A stretch of DNA of 64,000 bases from an uncultured Chloroflexia bacterium (GTDB taxonomy: Bacteria > Chloroflexota > Dehalococcoidia > UBA2979). The notes under the pieces are model-generated. The model was not told the DNA's origin. It ran no database searches and saw only the letters and a program-made list of their open reading frames with translations. This document shows, piece after piece, positions 50,648 to 61,786 of this stretch. The DNA lies in the NCBI GenBank assembly GCA_963728205.1, contig CAVSIV010000006.1, forward strand, positions 1,184,001 to 1,248,000, given 5' to 3'. Position 1 is the first letter of the stretch. Every line of letters begins with the position of its first letter. Both the position numbers and the translations under genes were made by a program.

Positions 50648-51175
50648 ATGGACGTCCCCGAGCTCAGCACCCAGCACCTCAAATTGCGCGGCTGGCGGCC
50701 CGACGACGTGGATGCACTCGCCGCGATCATGAGCGATCCGGACGTCACCCGGCACCTCGACGAGGCGCCCCGCGATCACGACGAGGTGGCAGGCCGCGTC
50801 GCCGAGTTCATCGCGGAGTGGCGCGCGCACGGGTTCGGCCGCTGGGCCGTCGAGGAGACGGCGACGGGGGCGCTGATCGGCCTGTGCGGCTTCCGGCGGT
50901 ACGACCGTGCGGTCGGGGACTTCACAGCCGTCATCGCGCGCGATCGACAGGGCCGCGGCCTCGGCTCGGAAGCCGCCCGCGCGGCGCTCCGGTACGCGTT
51001 CGAGGCGCTCAAGTTCCGACGCGTGCAGGCGGTGGTGCACCCCGCGAACCGGGCGGCGCAGCGCGTGCTCGAGAAGCTCGGCATGAGCCACACCGAGAGC
51101 GCGGTCCGCGCGCACGGGGTGCGCGTGATGGTCTACTCGCTGACCGAGCTCGAACGGCGGATGCGCGCGCGCTAG
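50648..51175 (+). CDS. GNAT (RimJ/RimL-like) acetyltransferase
   Basis: LKLRGW, QGRGLGSEAA, NRAAQRVLEKLGM. Confidence 0.88.
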   Translation: MDVPELSTQHLKLRGWRPDDVDALAAIMSDPDVTRHLDEAPRDHDEVAGRVAEFIAEWRAHGFGRWAVEETATGALIGLCGFRRYDRAVGDFTAVIARDRQGRGLGSEAARAALRYAFEALKFRRVQAVVHPANRAAQRVLEKLGMSHTESAVRAHGVRVMVYSLTELERRMRAR

Positions 51176-52243
51176 CTAGAGCAGCCCGCGTGCGAACAGG
51201 CGGCGGACCGACGCGCCGCACGTGTCGAAGAGCTCGGGCCACGGCACCTCGTCGGCGGCGAACCAGCGCAGCTCGCTCATCTCCGGCGTCGGTGCGGGCT
51301 CGTCGTCCGTCTCGCCGTGGTAGGCGACCTCGACATGCGTCGGCGTGGAGTAGACGTGAACGAGCCCGGTGATGCGTGCGCGCACCGTGGTTTCCTCGCG
51401 GATCTCGCGGACCGCCGCTTCCTCCGCGGTCTCGCCCGGGTCGATGTAGCCGGCCGGCCCGGCCCACAGGCCGAAGCCCGGGCGCCGCGGGTTGGCGCGG
51501 CGCCCGAGGAGGACGCGGCCGTCGCGCACGGCGAGCAGGCTCGATGCTGCGAGCGGGTTCACCCAGTGCGGCGCGTCGCAGCGCGCGCAGCGGGCGTGCC
51601 CCGCCTCGCCCGTCCGGGCGGGACGCGTGGCGCCGCCGCAGGCGCGGCAGTACGCCGGGAGGGCGCGATCACGGGGGGCGCGTGCGAGCGGGACCGCGTG
51701 GTCCCCGGCCGCGTCGACTGCGGGCGCGTCCAGCCCCGCGGCCAGCAGGGCGCGTAGCGCCACGGCCGTCGATGCGAACGCGAGCTCGTCCCATGGGAGC
51801 TCGGACGGCGCGAACCAGCGGCAGGCATCGACCTCGTCGCCGGGCACCGGTTCGCCGTCGGCGACGCCGCGGTAGGCGATCACGAGGTGGTGCGGATCGA
51901 CGAGCGTGTGCGGGCGCCCGACGATGCCGGTGACGCGCACCCGCAGCCCGACTTCCTCGAGGGTCTCGCGCCGTGCCGCGCCTTCGGCCGACTCGCCGGC
52001 CTCGACAAACCCGCCGGGGTAGGCCCAGCGGCCGCCGGCGCGCTCCATCGCCGCGGCTCGCCGCACGAGGAGCACGCGCCCGTCGCGGACCACGAGGACG
52101 CCGGCGACCGGGAGCGGGTTGCGCCACTCGACGCCCCGGCAGGCAAGGCACGACGCGTGGCCGGCGTCGCGCGGCCAGGCGGCCGCGAGCGGGGCTCCGC
52201 AGTGGATGCAATGGGCGACCGTCGGGCCGGGCGAGACGGTCAT
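51176..52243 (-). CDS. Tandem zinc-ribbon plus Nudix hydrolase (two modules)
   Basis: CIHCG..CLAC with GGFVEAGESAEGAARRETLEEVG; CRACG..CARC with AGYIDPGETAEEAAVREIREETT. Confidence 0.88.
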   Translation of the reverse strand: MTVSPGPTVAHCIHCGAPLAAAWPRDAGHASCLACRGVEWRNPLPVAGVLVVRDGRVLLVRRAAAMERAGGRWAYPGGFVEAGESAEGAARRETLEEVGLRVRVTGIVGRPHTLVDPHHLVIAYRGVADGEPVPGDEVDACRWFAPSELPWDELAFASTAVALRALLAAGLDAPAVDAAGDHAVPLARAPRDRALPAYCRACGGATRPARTGEAGHARCARCDAPHWVNPLAASSLLAVRDGRVLLGRRANPRRPGFGLWAGPAGYIDPGETAEEAAVREIREETTVRARITGLVHVYSTPTHVEVAYHGETDDEPAPTPEMSELRWFAADEVPWPELFDTCGASVRRLFARGLL

Positions 52244-52269
52244 GGGGGAGCGCGCCGGCGCCGCGCCGC

Positions 52270-52983
52270 TCACCGGCGGAGGGGCTTCGGCTGCACGCCT
52301 TCCTGCCAGCGGCTGCCGCCGGGCCCATACTCCTTCTTCCACACCGGCACCGTCTCCTTGATGCGGTCGACCGTGCGCAGCGCCGCCGCGAACGCGTCGC
52401 CGCGGTGCGCGGCGGAGACGGCCACGACGAGCGACGTCTCGCCGACTTCGAGCGGGCCGATGCGGTGGTGTGCGGCGATCGCGTGAACCTCGCGGTCGCG
52501 GAAGTCGGCGAGCACCTCGTCGGCGACCGCGCGCAGCTGACGCTCCGCCATCTCGGCGTACGCCTCGTACTCGAGGCGGAGCACCGCGTGCCCCTCATGG
52601 TGGTTGCGCACGACGCCCTCGAACACGACGGCCGCGCCGCTCGCCGGCGTCATCACGATGTCGCGGAGCGCCTGCGCGCGCAGTTCAGCGGTCGTGACGA
52701 GGAACGGCGGCGTCTCGTTGGGATCCGCGTCCGGCGCGCCACCGGAGATCGGGGGGACGAGCGCGACGGTGTCACCGTCCGACAGCTCGTGCGTGTCCTC
52801 GAGGACGTAGTCCTCGTTTACGGCGATCGCGACGCCGCTGAGGTACGGCTTGAGCTTCGGCTGCGACGCCTCGAGCCGCGCGCGGAGGTCGCCGACGGTG
52901 ACGCGCGGCGCTTCGAACTGCTCCGTGAGGTCGCCGCCGACGACGTCGCGAAGACCGGCGAAGAGACGAATCTGAACCTGCAC
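52270..52983 (-). CDS. Fused molybdopterin synthase MoaD-MoaE (MoaX-like)
   Basis: LFAGLRD..AVNEDY..PPISGG, then GAAVVFEGVVR, LEYEAY, HRIG, SAAHR, PVWKKE. Confidence 0.92.
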   Translation of the reverse strand: MQVQIRLFAGLRDVVGGDLTEQFEAPRVTVGDLRARLEASQPKLKPYLSGVAIAVNEDYVLEDTHELSDGDTVALVPPISGGAPDADPNETPPFLVTTAELRAQALRDIVMTPASGAAVVFEGVVRNHHEGHAVLRLEYEAYAEMAERQLRAVADEVLADFRDREVHAIAAHHRIGPLEVGETSLVVAVSAAHRGDAFAAALRTVDRIKETVPVWKKEYGPGGSRWQEGVQPKPLRR

Positions 52984-53103
52984 GGGGCTGCTCCGGGAGT
53001 GCGCGGGGGCGGGGGGTCGGCCCCAGTATAGGTGCGGGCCGGTGCGCCGGCGGCCGTCCGGCGTGGCAGAGTGGGTGGGCGGCCGGTGGCGGGGAGACGA
53101 GCC

Positions 53104-53808
53104 GTGGCCAGGGGGCGCTGGCGGCTGCGGGACGCGGTCGACGCGGCGAGCGAGATGATGCTCCCGCAGCGGTGCATCGCGTGCGGGCGCTACGGTGCCG
53201 CGCTACACGACGCGTGCGCCGCGGCGCTGCCGCGCGCGGCGGGTTCGCGCTGCCGGGTGTGCTGGGAGCCGGGCGAGGTATCGCCGTGCGCGCGCTGCGC
53301 CGGCGGCGGCGAGGACGCGCCGGCGGTGGACGCGCTGCGCGCGGCGTTCCCGTTCGAGGGCGTGGCGCGCCGCGCGATCCTCGAGGCGAAGTTCCGCGGC
53401 GTGCTCGCGCTGCTCCCGCCTCTGGGTCGCGCCGCGGCGCCGGCGGTGCCGTCTGAGTGGGCGCCGGATGTCGTCGTCCCGGTGCCGCTTGCCGTGCGGC
53501 GCCGGCGCCAGCGCGGGTTCAACCAGGCGGAGGTGGCGGCGCGGCCGATCGCCCGGCGGGTCGAGGCGCCGCTGGCGCCCCGGCTGGTGGAACGCGTGCG
53601 CGAGACATCGCCGCAGTCGACGCTCGACGCGAAGGGACGGCGCCACAACCTCGACGGCGCCTTCGCCGTGCGCGGCCCCGTTCCGCCGAACGTCCTGCTC
53701 GTCGACGATGTGACGACGACGACCGCGACGCTCTCGGCCGTGGCGCGCGCACTGCGTGCCGCGGGCGCGGAGCGCGTGTACGGGCTCGCGCTCGCGCGGG
53801 AGGACTGA
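53104..53808 (+). CDS. ComF family protein (Zn ribbon plus PRTase)
   Basis: CxxC pairs, VPVPL, RGFNQA, LLVDDVTTT. Start uncertain. Confidence 0.88.
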   Translation: MARGRWRLRDAVDAASEMMLPQRCIACGRYGAALHDACAAALPRAAGSRCRVCWEPGEVSPCARCAGGGEDAPAVDALRAAFPFEGVARRAILEAKFRGVLALLPPLGRAAAPAVPSEWAPDVVVPVPLAVRRRRQRGFNQAEVAARPIARRVEAPLAPRLVERVRETSPQSTLDAKGRRHNLDGAFAVRGPVPPNVLLVDDVTTTTATLSAVARALRAAGAERVYGLALARED

Positions 53809-54102
53809 GTTCGCCGGCGTCCGCCGCCGGTCGCCGGGAGCGGGCCGCGGGCCTCGGGTGCCGGTCGAGTGAGCGGCGACGACGGATGCCGCTGCGCGCT
53901 CGCCGTTCGCCCCGCCGGCCACACCGCGCAATTCCCGCGGGAGACTGCGCACCGTGCGCCAGCGGGAGTTCTGCGTAAGCCTCTCCGTCCGGTGGGTGAC
54001 GCCGCGCGAAGGTTCGGGTGCGACGCGGCTGGCGCGTTGCGCCATCGCCCGCCATACAATCGGCGTGCCTGCGAGCGCAGCGTCGCGGTCCGGGGGCCGT
54101 CC

Positions 54103-55065
54103 ATGATCATCACCATCACGCTGAACCCGGCGATCGATCAGACGATCGAGATCGAGCGGCTGGTCGTCGGCGACACCAATCGCGTTGTCGCCAACCGTTT
54201 CGACATCGGCGGCAAGGGCATCAACGTTGCGCGCGTCCTGAAGGAGCTGCACTACGAGCCGATCGCCATGGGCTTCGGCGTCGGCGAGCTCGGGCGGATG
54301 ATCGAGGACCAGCTGCTCGACTCCGGCATCGGCTGCGACTTCGTCTACATCCCCGGCGAGACGCGCACGAACCTCACGATCCTGGACCGCTCCACGCACA
54401 CGCACACGGTGATGAGCGGACCCGGCGAGACGGTCAGCGAGCGCGAGCACGCGCAGTTCCTGCAGCGCCTGCGTCGGCGGCTGCGGCGAGACTCCTGGCT
54501 GGTGATCGCGGGATCGATTCCGCCGCCGGGCGATCCCTCCGTCTACGTGCAGCTGATCCTCGCGGCGCAGCACGAGGGCGCGCTCGTCGGGCTCGACGCG
54601 GATGGGCCCGTGGTGCACGCGGTGCTCGAGGCCGGCGTCCGGCCGGCGCTGGTCAAGGTCAACGAACACGAGCTCGAGCGGCTGATCGGCGCGCCGGTCG
54701 CGTCGGAGCGCGACGCCATCGCCGGCGCGGAGCAGATGCGCGCCTACGGCGTGCCGAACGTAATCGTCACGCGCGGCGCCGACCCGGCGATCGCGCTGAC
54801 GTCGGCCGGCGACTATCGCGTGTACGTGCCGCACGTCCAGGTCGAGTCCGCGGTCGGGGCAGGGGATGCGTTCCTTGCCGGGGTGCTGCTCGGACTCAAG
54901 CGAGGCGATGGCTGGGAGCGGGCGCTCGCGCTCGGCGCCGCGGCGGGGTCCGCGTGCTGCCTCGCACACGGCACGCAGCTGTGCCGCGAAATCGACGTCA
55001 CGCGCCTGCGCCCGCAGGCGTACATCGAGCGGCTCGAGCGGGTCCCCGCCGGTCGCGCGCTCTGA
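54103..55065 (+). CDS. 1-phosphofructokinase/LacC family PfkB kinase
   Basis: MIITITLNPAID, GGKGINVA, ETRTN, GSIPP, VKVNEHEL, AVGAGDAFLAG. Confidence 0.92.
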   Translation: MIITITLNPAIDQTIEIERLVVGDTNRVVANRFDIGGKGINVARVLKELHYEPIAMGFGVGELGRMIEDQLLDSGIGCDFVYIPGETRTNLTILDRSTHTHTVMSGPGETVSEREHAQFLQRLRRRLRRDSWLVIAGSIPPPGDPSVYVQLILAAQHEGALVGLDADGPVVHAVLEAGVRPALVKVNEHELERLIGAPVASERDAIAGAEQMRAYGVPNVIVTRGADPAIALTSAGDYRVYVPHVQVESAVGAGDAFLAGVLLGLKRGDGWERALALGAAAGSACCLAHGTQLCREIDVTRLRPQAYIERLERVPAGRAL

Positions 55066-55092
55066 GCCGCCCTGTCCGGTGAGGCGCCGCCC

Positions 55093-56226
55093 GTGAACAA
55101 TCCCTCGCTGGTCGTCATGCTCGGCGGCGTGTCCGGCGGGCCACTCGAGACTCTCATGCGACGCGCGCTCGAGGCGAGCGCGCTCGACACGCTCGAAGTC
55201 GCGCTCGGCACCGGGCGCTTCGGGCGCGCGCTGCTGCTCGCCGACGCCGCTCCGGCCCTGCCGGTGCCCGACGGCGTGACGGTGGAGGTCGACGACCACC
55301 CCGACCGCCCGTTTCACTACGGCGAGCGGCTGGCCGCGGCGGTCGCGACGCATGGGATCGAGCGCGTGCTGTATGTCGGAGGCGGGAGCGGCCCGCTGCT
55401 CGGCGCCGAGGACTTCGTCGCGCTCGCGAACGGTGTGGCCGGGCCGTCGGCCGCGTGCGCGACGAACAACTACTTCTCGGCCGACCTCTTCGCGCTGCAT
55501 CCCGCGGGACTGCTCGCGCGCCTCGACCCGCCGCCGGTGTCCGACAACGCCGTGCCTCGCCGCCTCCGCGAGGACCTCGACGTCGAGGTGACGGAGCTGC
55601 CGCGCACGCTCGAGACGCAGCTCAACATCGACTCGCCGACGGAGCTGCTGGCCCTCGCGCTCGCCGGGCGCATCGGCACGCGCCTCGAGCGTGTGCTCGG
55701 CGAGTGGGCGCCGGACACCTCGCGGCTCGCGCGCGCGGCGATGACGTTCACGGACCGCGAGGCGGAGGTGCTGGTCGCGGGCCGCGTCGGCGGGAGCCGC
55801 GCGTGGCAGTACCTCGAGCGCGAGACGGCGTGCCGCGTGCGCATCCTCGCCGAGGAGCGCGGCATGCAGGCGGCGGGGCGCCACCTGGACGGCAGCGCGC
55901 GCTCGATGCTCGGGCAGCTCATCGGCGCCGCCGGCCCGGATCGGGTCTTCGGCGAACTGCTGCCGCAGCTCTGCGACGCCGCCTTCGTCGACATCCGCCC
56001 CACGCTCATCCACCTCGGGCTGCAGCCGTCGCGCGCCGACCGCTTCGCCGCGGATCTCGGGCTCGCAGACGACATCGAGGACCCGGAGCTCCGCGCGCTG
56101 GTCGCCGCCGCGAACGCCGCGCCGATCCCGGTGGTGCTCGGGGGGCACACGCTCGTCGCGGGCGCACTGATGCTGCTGAACGACTGGGCATGGGCCGAGC
56201 ACGACCGCGCCCGCGGGCTCGCGTAG
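55093..56226 (+). CDS. Hypothetical protein, possible CofC-like nucleotidyltransferase (GT-A) N-terminal domain
   Basis: FHYGERL, GGGSGPLL, NNYFSAD, NIDSPTEL (resembles the DxDTPxDL end motif). Confidence 0.6.
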   Translation: MNNPSLVVMLGGVSGGPLETLMRRALEASALDTLEVALGTGRFGRALLLADAAPALPVPDGVTVEVDDHPDRPFHYGERLAAAVATHGIERVLYVGGGSGPLLGAEDFVALANGVAGPSAACATNNYFSADLFALHPAGLLARLDPPPVSDNAVPRRLREDLDVEVTELPRTLETQLNIDSPTELLALALAGRIGTRLERVLGEWAPDTSRLARAAMTFTDREAEVLVAGRVGGSRAWQYLERETACRVRILAEERGMQAAGRHLDGSARSMLGQLIGAAGPDRVFGELLPQLCDAAFVDIRPTLIHLGLQPSRADRFAADLGLADDIEDPELRALVAAANAAPIPVVLGGHTLVAGALMLLNDWAWAEHDRARGLA

Positions 56227-56325
56227 TGGCCTCCCCGGCGAGTGCATCGCGGCGCGCGTAGCCACCTCGTCCGCTAGCATGGCGCGCACAACCCGGACCT
56301 GCCCCGCCCGCGTCGAGGACATGCC

Positions 56326-57609
56326 ATGACCGCACCGTCGAACCGCGCCACGCGCCAGCAGCCCTCGCTGGCCGAGGTGGACCCCGAGGTCTTCGCGGCG
56401 ATCCGTCACGAGGAGGAGCGCCAGAGCAGCGTCCTCGAGATGATCCCCTCCGAGAACTACGCCAGCCGCGCCGTGATCGAGGCCGTCGGCAGCGTACTCA
56501 CCAACAAGTACGCGGAGGGCTACGCGGGCGCCCGCTACTACCACGGCAACCAGTACGTCGACGACGTCGAGACGCTCGCCATCGAGCGCGCGCAGCGCCT
56601 GTTCGGTGCCGACCACGCGAACGTGCAGCCGCACTCCGGTGCCCAGGCGAACATGGCCGTCTACCTCGGCGTGCTGAAGCCGGGCGATCCCGTCCTCGGC
56701 ATGCAGCTCGACGCCGGTGGCCATCTCACGCACGGCTCGCCGGTCAACGCGAGCGCGAAGCTCTACCGCTTCGCCGCGTACGGTGTCGACCGCGAGACCG
56801 AGGTCATCGACTACGACGCGATGCTCGAGACGGCGAAGCAGCACGAGCCGAAGATCATCGTCGTCGGCGCGACGGCGTACCCGCGGCAGTTCGACTTCGC
56901 GCGCGCCCGGGCCGTGGCGGACGAGGTCGGCGCGGTGCTGATGGCGGACATGGCGCATATCGCCGGCCTGGTTGCCGGCGGCGCGCATCCGTCGCCCGTC
57001 GGGCATGCGCAGCTGATCACGACGTCGACGCACAAGACGCTGCGTGGCCCGCGCGGCGGCATGATCCTCAGCGACCAGAAGTTCGCGCGCCGGGTCGACC
57101 GCGGGGTCTTCCCCGGCACGCAGGGCGGCCCGCTGATGCACGTGATCGCCGGGAAGGCGGTCATGCTCAAGGAGGCCGACAGCGAGGAGTTCCGTGCCTA
57201 CGCGCGCCAGACCGTCGCGAACGCGAAGGCGCTGGCGGCCGCGCTCATGGACGCCGGGCTGCGCCTGGTGTCGGGCGGCACCGACACCCACCTCGTGCTG
57301 ATCGACGTGCGCGACCTCGGCATCAACGGCCACGAAGGCGCGGACGCGCTCGAGCGCGCGGGCGTCGTCGCGAACTACAACACGATCCCCTTCGACCCGC
57401 TGCCCCCGACGCTCGGCTCGGGTGTGCGCATGGGCACGCCGGCGCTCACGTCGCGCGGCATGCGCGAGGAGGAGATGCAGCGCGTCGGCGGCCTGATCGC
57501 TCGCGTGTTACGCGCCCCGAGCGACGCCGGCGTGGCGGAGCAGGTGCGCGCCGAGGTCGCCGAGCTGTGCGCAGGGTTCCCCGCCCCGGGTATCCCCGCT
57601 CGCGCGTAG
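56326..57609 (+). CDS. glyA: Serine hydroxymethyltransferase
   Basis: [54 protein letters not shown]. Confidence 0.97.
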   Translation: MTAPSNRATRQQPSLAEVDPEVFAAIRHEEERQSSVLEMIPSENYASRAVIEAVGSVLTNKYAEGYAGARYYHGNQYVDDVETLAIERAQRLFGADHANVQPHSGAQANMAVYLGVLKPGDPVLGMQLDAGGHLTHGSPVNASAKLYRFAAYGVDRETEVIDYDAMLETAKQHEPKIIVVGATAYPRQFDFARARAVADEVGAVLMADMAHIAGLVAGGAHPSPVGHAQLITTSTHKTLRGPRGGMILSDQKFARRVDRGVFPGTQGGPLMHVIAGKAVMLKEADSEEFRAYARQTVANAKALAAALMDAGLRLVSGGTDTHLVLIDVRDLGINGHEGADALERAGVVANYNTIPFDPLPPTLGSGVRMGTPALTSRGMREEEMQRVGGLIARVLRAPSDAGVAEQVRAEVAELCAGFPAPGIPARA

Positions 57610-57730
57610 GCGCACCCACAGCTTTCGGGGCCCATCCCCGCTCGATCCCTCAATACGACCGGATATAATCCCGGCCTGCCCCGGGCCGTGTCCGGGTGCG
57701 TTCGCGCTTACCGGATGCAGGAGGCGACAC

Positions 57731-58948
<1,218 letters not shown>

Positions 58949-59134
58949 CCGCCGTTGCGCGTCTCTGGTGCTCGCATGCGGGGGCGGCACGGCCGCTCCC
59001 GCCGCGTTTGTGCCTAGTCGCGCGCGCCTCCTACACTCGTTGAGCCCGAACGAGGGCTACCCACACCGCTTGATCGGGGCGCGCAACGGTGACGCCGGGC
59101 GCGCCTCCATCGACCAGGGTCAGCGGAGGCACCT

Positions 59135-59713
59135 GTGCACGAGTACGAGTTGATGTACATCCTTCACCCGCGGCTGACCGCGGATGAGACGGCCGGCGCC
59201 ATCGAGCGCGTGAGCGAGCGCGTGACGTCGGTCGGCGGAGAGATCCTCTCCATCGACAACTGGGGCAGGCGGCGGCTCGCCTACCCGATCCACCACCACT
59301 TCGAGGGCACGTACGTGCTGGCGACCATGCGGCTGCCGGCGGAGGCGACGGCGCCCCTCGAGTCGGCCCTGCGAATTTCCGAGGACGTGATCCGGCACCT
59401 GCTCATCCGTGGCATCATCGCGTACGAAGGGCCGCCGATGCAGGAGGAGCGGGGTCGCTCGCAGCGGCCGAGCGCCGGCGAAGCCGAGGCTGCGCCCGCG
59501 GAGCGACCGGTCGCCGCGGCCGAGGAGGGCGCCGCGAGCCCGGCCGAGCCGGCCGAGCCGACCGAGGCAGCCGAGCCGGTCACCGCGGCGGAGGCGCCGG
59601 TGGCAACCGAGTCCCCGGCCGAATCCTCGACCGAGACGCCCAGCTCTGAGAACGGCGGCAGCGAGTCAGGGTCGGAGGCGGAGGGGGAGCGGGCCGCCGG
59701 GACCGCCGAGTAG
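59135..59713 (+). CDS. rpsF: 30S ribosomal protein bS6 with long acidic tail
   Basis: YELMYIL, WGRRRLAYPI, EGTY, LRISEDVIRHL. Confidence 0.95.
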   Translation: MHEYELMYILHPRLTADETAGAIERVSERVTSVGGEILSIDNWGRRRLAYPIHHHFEGTYVLATMRLPAEATAPLESALRISEDVIRHLLIRGIIAYEGPPMQEERGRSQRPSAGEAEAAPAERPVAAAEEGAASPAEPAEPTEAAEPVTAAEAPVATESPAESSTETPSSENGGSESGSEAEGERAAGTAE

Positions 59714-59740
59714 GCACGCCGTCCCCCGAAGGGGGTCACC

Positions 59741-60157
59741 ATGCTCAACAAGGTCATGATCATCGGGAACCTGGGCGCCGACCCGGAGATGCGGTACACC
59801 GCGAACGGGAACGCCGTCACCACCTTCAACGTCGCCACGTCGCGCCGCTTCACCGACAGCAACGGCGAGCGCCGCGAGGAGACCGAGTGGTTCCGCGTCG
59901 TGACCTGGGCGCGCCTTGCCGAAACCTGCGCGCAGTACTTGACGAAGGGCCGCCAGGTCTACGTTGAGGGGCGCATGCAGACGCGCTCCTGGGAGGGCCA
60001 GGACGGCCAGAAGCGCTACACCACCGAGCTTGTCGCCGAGGACGTGCGCTTCCTCGGCGGCGGCCGCCAGGACGAGTCGCATTCCTCGTTCACACCCGGC
60101 CTCCCGGTCGGTGCGGATGGCGAGGGCGACGTCGACCCGGACGATCTGCCCTTCTAG
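59741..60157 (+). CDS. ssb: Single-stranded DNA-binding protein
   Basis: NKVMIIGNLGADPE, KGRQVYVEGR, C-terminal DDLPF. Confidence 0.97.
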   Translation: MLNKVMIIGNLGADPEMRYTANGNAVTTFNVATSRRFTDSNGERREETEWFRVVTWARLAETCAQYLTKGRQVYVEGRMQTRSWEGQDGQKRYTTELVAEDVRFLGGGRQDESHSSFTPGLPVGADGEGDVDPDDLPF

Positions 60158-60187
60158 CAACGGCCGAAGGGCAACGAGGAGGAACGA

Positions 60188-60511
60188 GTGACCAGCGACT
60201 TCGAAGACCGAGGCGGTCGCGGCGACGATCGCGAAGACCGCTTCCGACGCGGCGGACCCCGTCGCGGCGCCCGGCGCCGCGGCTGTGAGTTCTGCCAGCG
60301 CAAGACCGACGTCGTCGACTACAAGGACGTCGATCTGCTCCGCCGGTACGTCACCGAGCGTGGCAAGATCGACGCCCGTCGCAAGGTCTCGACGTGCGCG
60401 AAACACCAGCGGACCGTGGCGCAGGCGATCAAGCGCGCGCGCCACATCGCGCTGCTGCCGTACACGGCAGAGCACATCCGCTTGAGCGGCGTCGGCCTGG
60501 GCCGCCGCTAG
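60188..60511 (+). CDS. rpsR: 30S ribosomal protein bS18 (Zn-binding type)
   Basis: CEFC, VDYKD, ERGKI, CAKHQR, AIKRAR, ALLPY. Confidence 0.95.
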   Translation: MTSDFEDRGGRGDDREDRFRRGGPRRGARRRGCEFCQRKTDVVDYKDVDLLRRYVTERGKIDARRKVSTCAKHQRTVAQAIKRARHIALLPYTAEHIRLSGVGLGRR

Positions 60512-60529
60512 CCACAGCACGCGGCCTGC

Positions 60530-60552
60530 GGGGTCCCGCGCCGCGGGACCCC
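60530..60552 (+). terminator. Strong hairpin after rpsR (no U tract)
   Basis: GGGGTCCCGCG-C-CGCGGGACCCC. Confidence 0.45.
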
Positions 60553-60557
60553 CGGTC

Positions 60558-61751
60558 GTGCTCCGTCCCGGGGCTTCGGAGGGGAAGTCGCAGGTGTCGC
60601 GAAGCCGACAGGCGAACTCCAGGTCAAGCGCGCGCCGTGGGACCTCCGGGCTCCAGCAAAACCTCATCTACCTGATCGCCGGCGTGGTGCTCGCCGCGGC
60701 CGCGCTGATCGTGCTCGCCGGCGTCTACATCACCCAGTACCGCCCGCCGCGCGTGCGCATCCTCACCGTTCAGAACGAGCACTTCAACGCGTCGCAGGTC
60801 GTCGACCGCGGGGCCTACCTCACCGCGTTCCAGGGCGGCGTGACGAGCGCCGCCACGCTCGCGACGGACACGCTGAGCCGCCTCGAGGACGAGGCGAGCC
60901 TGCGCATCGCCGGACCCGCGCTCGTCGGCGACGTCACGCAGGACCAGGTGGACCAGCAGATCGCGAAGGAGCTCGGGCTCGCGCCAATCGCCGGCGTGCC
61001 CACCGAGACGCCGACACCCGCCGGCGGCGCCGCCGCCGGCGCGACCGGGACCGCGACGGCCACCGCCACCGCGACGCCGGAGCCGACGGCGACCGCCGCC
61101 GCGGGCGCCACGGGCACCCCTACCGCCGCGGCGACGCCGACGGATCGTGCGACCTTCGCGACGAAGTACCAGGACTTCCTCAACCTCGTCGGGCTGAGCA
61201 AGCACGAGTTCGAGCAGATCGTGCGCGCGCAGATCATTCAGCAGCGGCTGCAGCAGCAGTTCCAGGATTCGCTCGGCAGCAGCGGCCCGCAGGTCCGGCT
61301 GTCGCGCATCCGGCTGAACGACTCGGCGCTCGCACAGGTGATCGAGCAGCAGCTGAAGGACGGCGGCGACTTCGCGCAGCTGCACGACAAGTATTCGACC
61401 GGCAAGGAGTCGGGCGCGGGCGGGGACATCGGCTGGTCGCCCGTCTCCGTGCTGCCGGCCGACGTTCAGAGCGCGGTGAAGGACCTCAAGACCGGTGAGG
61501 TCAGCGGCGTCGTCAAGCAGGGCACGAACTACGACGTCTACGAGGTCACCGATCGCGCGACCGACCGCGCGTACGATGACACGATGAAGCAGCAGCTCGT
61601 GAGTCAGCAGGTCCAGGACTGGCTCAACGTGGAGCAGGCGAAGCTCACGATCTCGCGCTCGATGTCGGCCAGCGAAGAGTCGTGGCTCAACGACCACATC
61701 CTCGCGAAGGCGCAGGCCCTGGCGACGGCCGCGCAAAACTCGAGCCCGTAG
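60558..61751 (+). CDS. Membrane-anchored parvulin-type foldase (PrsA/SurA-like)
   Basis: N-terminal TM, Thr/Ala/Pro linker, GGDFAQL..YS...GGDIGW, LKTGEVSGVV. Start uncertain. Confidence 0.8.
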   Translation: MLRPGASEGKSQVSRSRQANSRSSARRGTSGLQQNLIYLIAGVVLAAAALIVLAGVYITQYRPPRVRILTVQNEHFNASQVVDRGAYLTAFQGGVTSAATLATDTLSRLEDEASLRIAGPALVGDVTQDQVDQQIAKELGLAPIAGVPTETPTPAGGAAAGATGTATATATATPEPTATAAAGATGTPTAAATPTDRATFATKYQDFLNLVGLSKHEFEQIVRAQIIQQRLQQQFQDSLGSSGPQVRLSRIRLNDSALAQVIEQQLKDGGDFAQLHDKYSTGKESGAGGDIGWSPVSVLPADVQSAVKDLKTGEVSGVVKQGTNYDVYEVTDRATDRAYDDTMKQQLVSQQVQDWLNVEQAKLTISRSMSASEESWLNDHILAKAQALATAAQNSSP

Positions 61752-61786
61752 GGGCCGCGCCCGGTCGCGGCTGGCATGAGGACGCG

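Noticed and set aside
48593-51175. 860-aa ORF that looks like a DnaD-AAA-GNAT fusion
   Set aside because: Artefact of two frameshifts plus a stop-free shadow frame. The DnaD C-terminus and the second AAA domain are in other frames, and the GNAT has its own RBS and ATG.
56227-56325. ZTP or purine riboswitch upstream of glyA or the pur genes
   Set aside because: Conserved aptamer cores are not visible in these leaders.
53203-57333. Very long antisense ORFs (1376 aa here; also 25757-28597, 37627-40344, 41678-44134, 29404-31677)
   Set aside because: Shadow frames of real genes in high-GC DNA; Arg/Ala/Gly-rich with no motifs.
61010-61140. Repetitive GCGAC/ACCGCC tracts as a CRISPR or DNA repeat
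   Set aside because: They encode a Thr/Ala/Pro linker; no constant repeat-spacer period and no cas genes.
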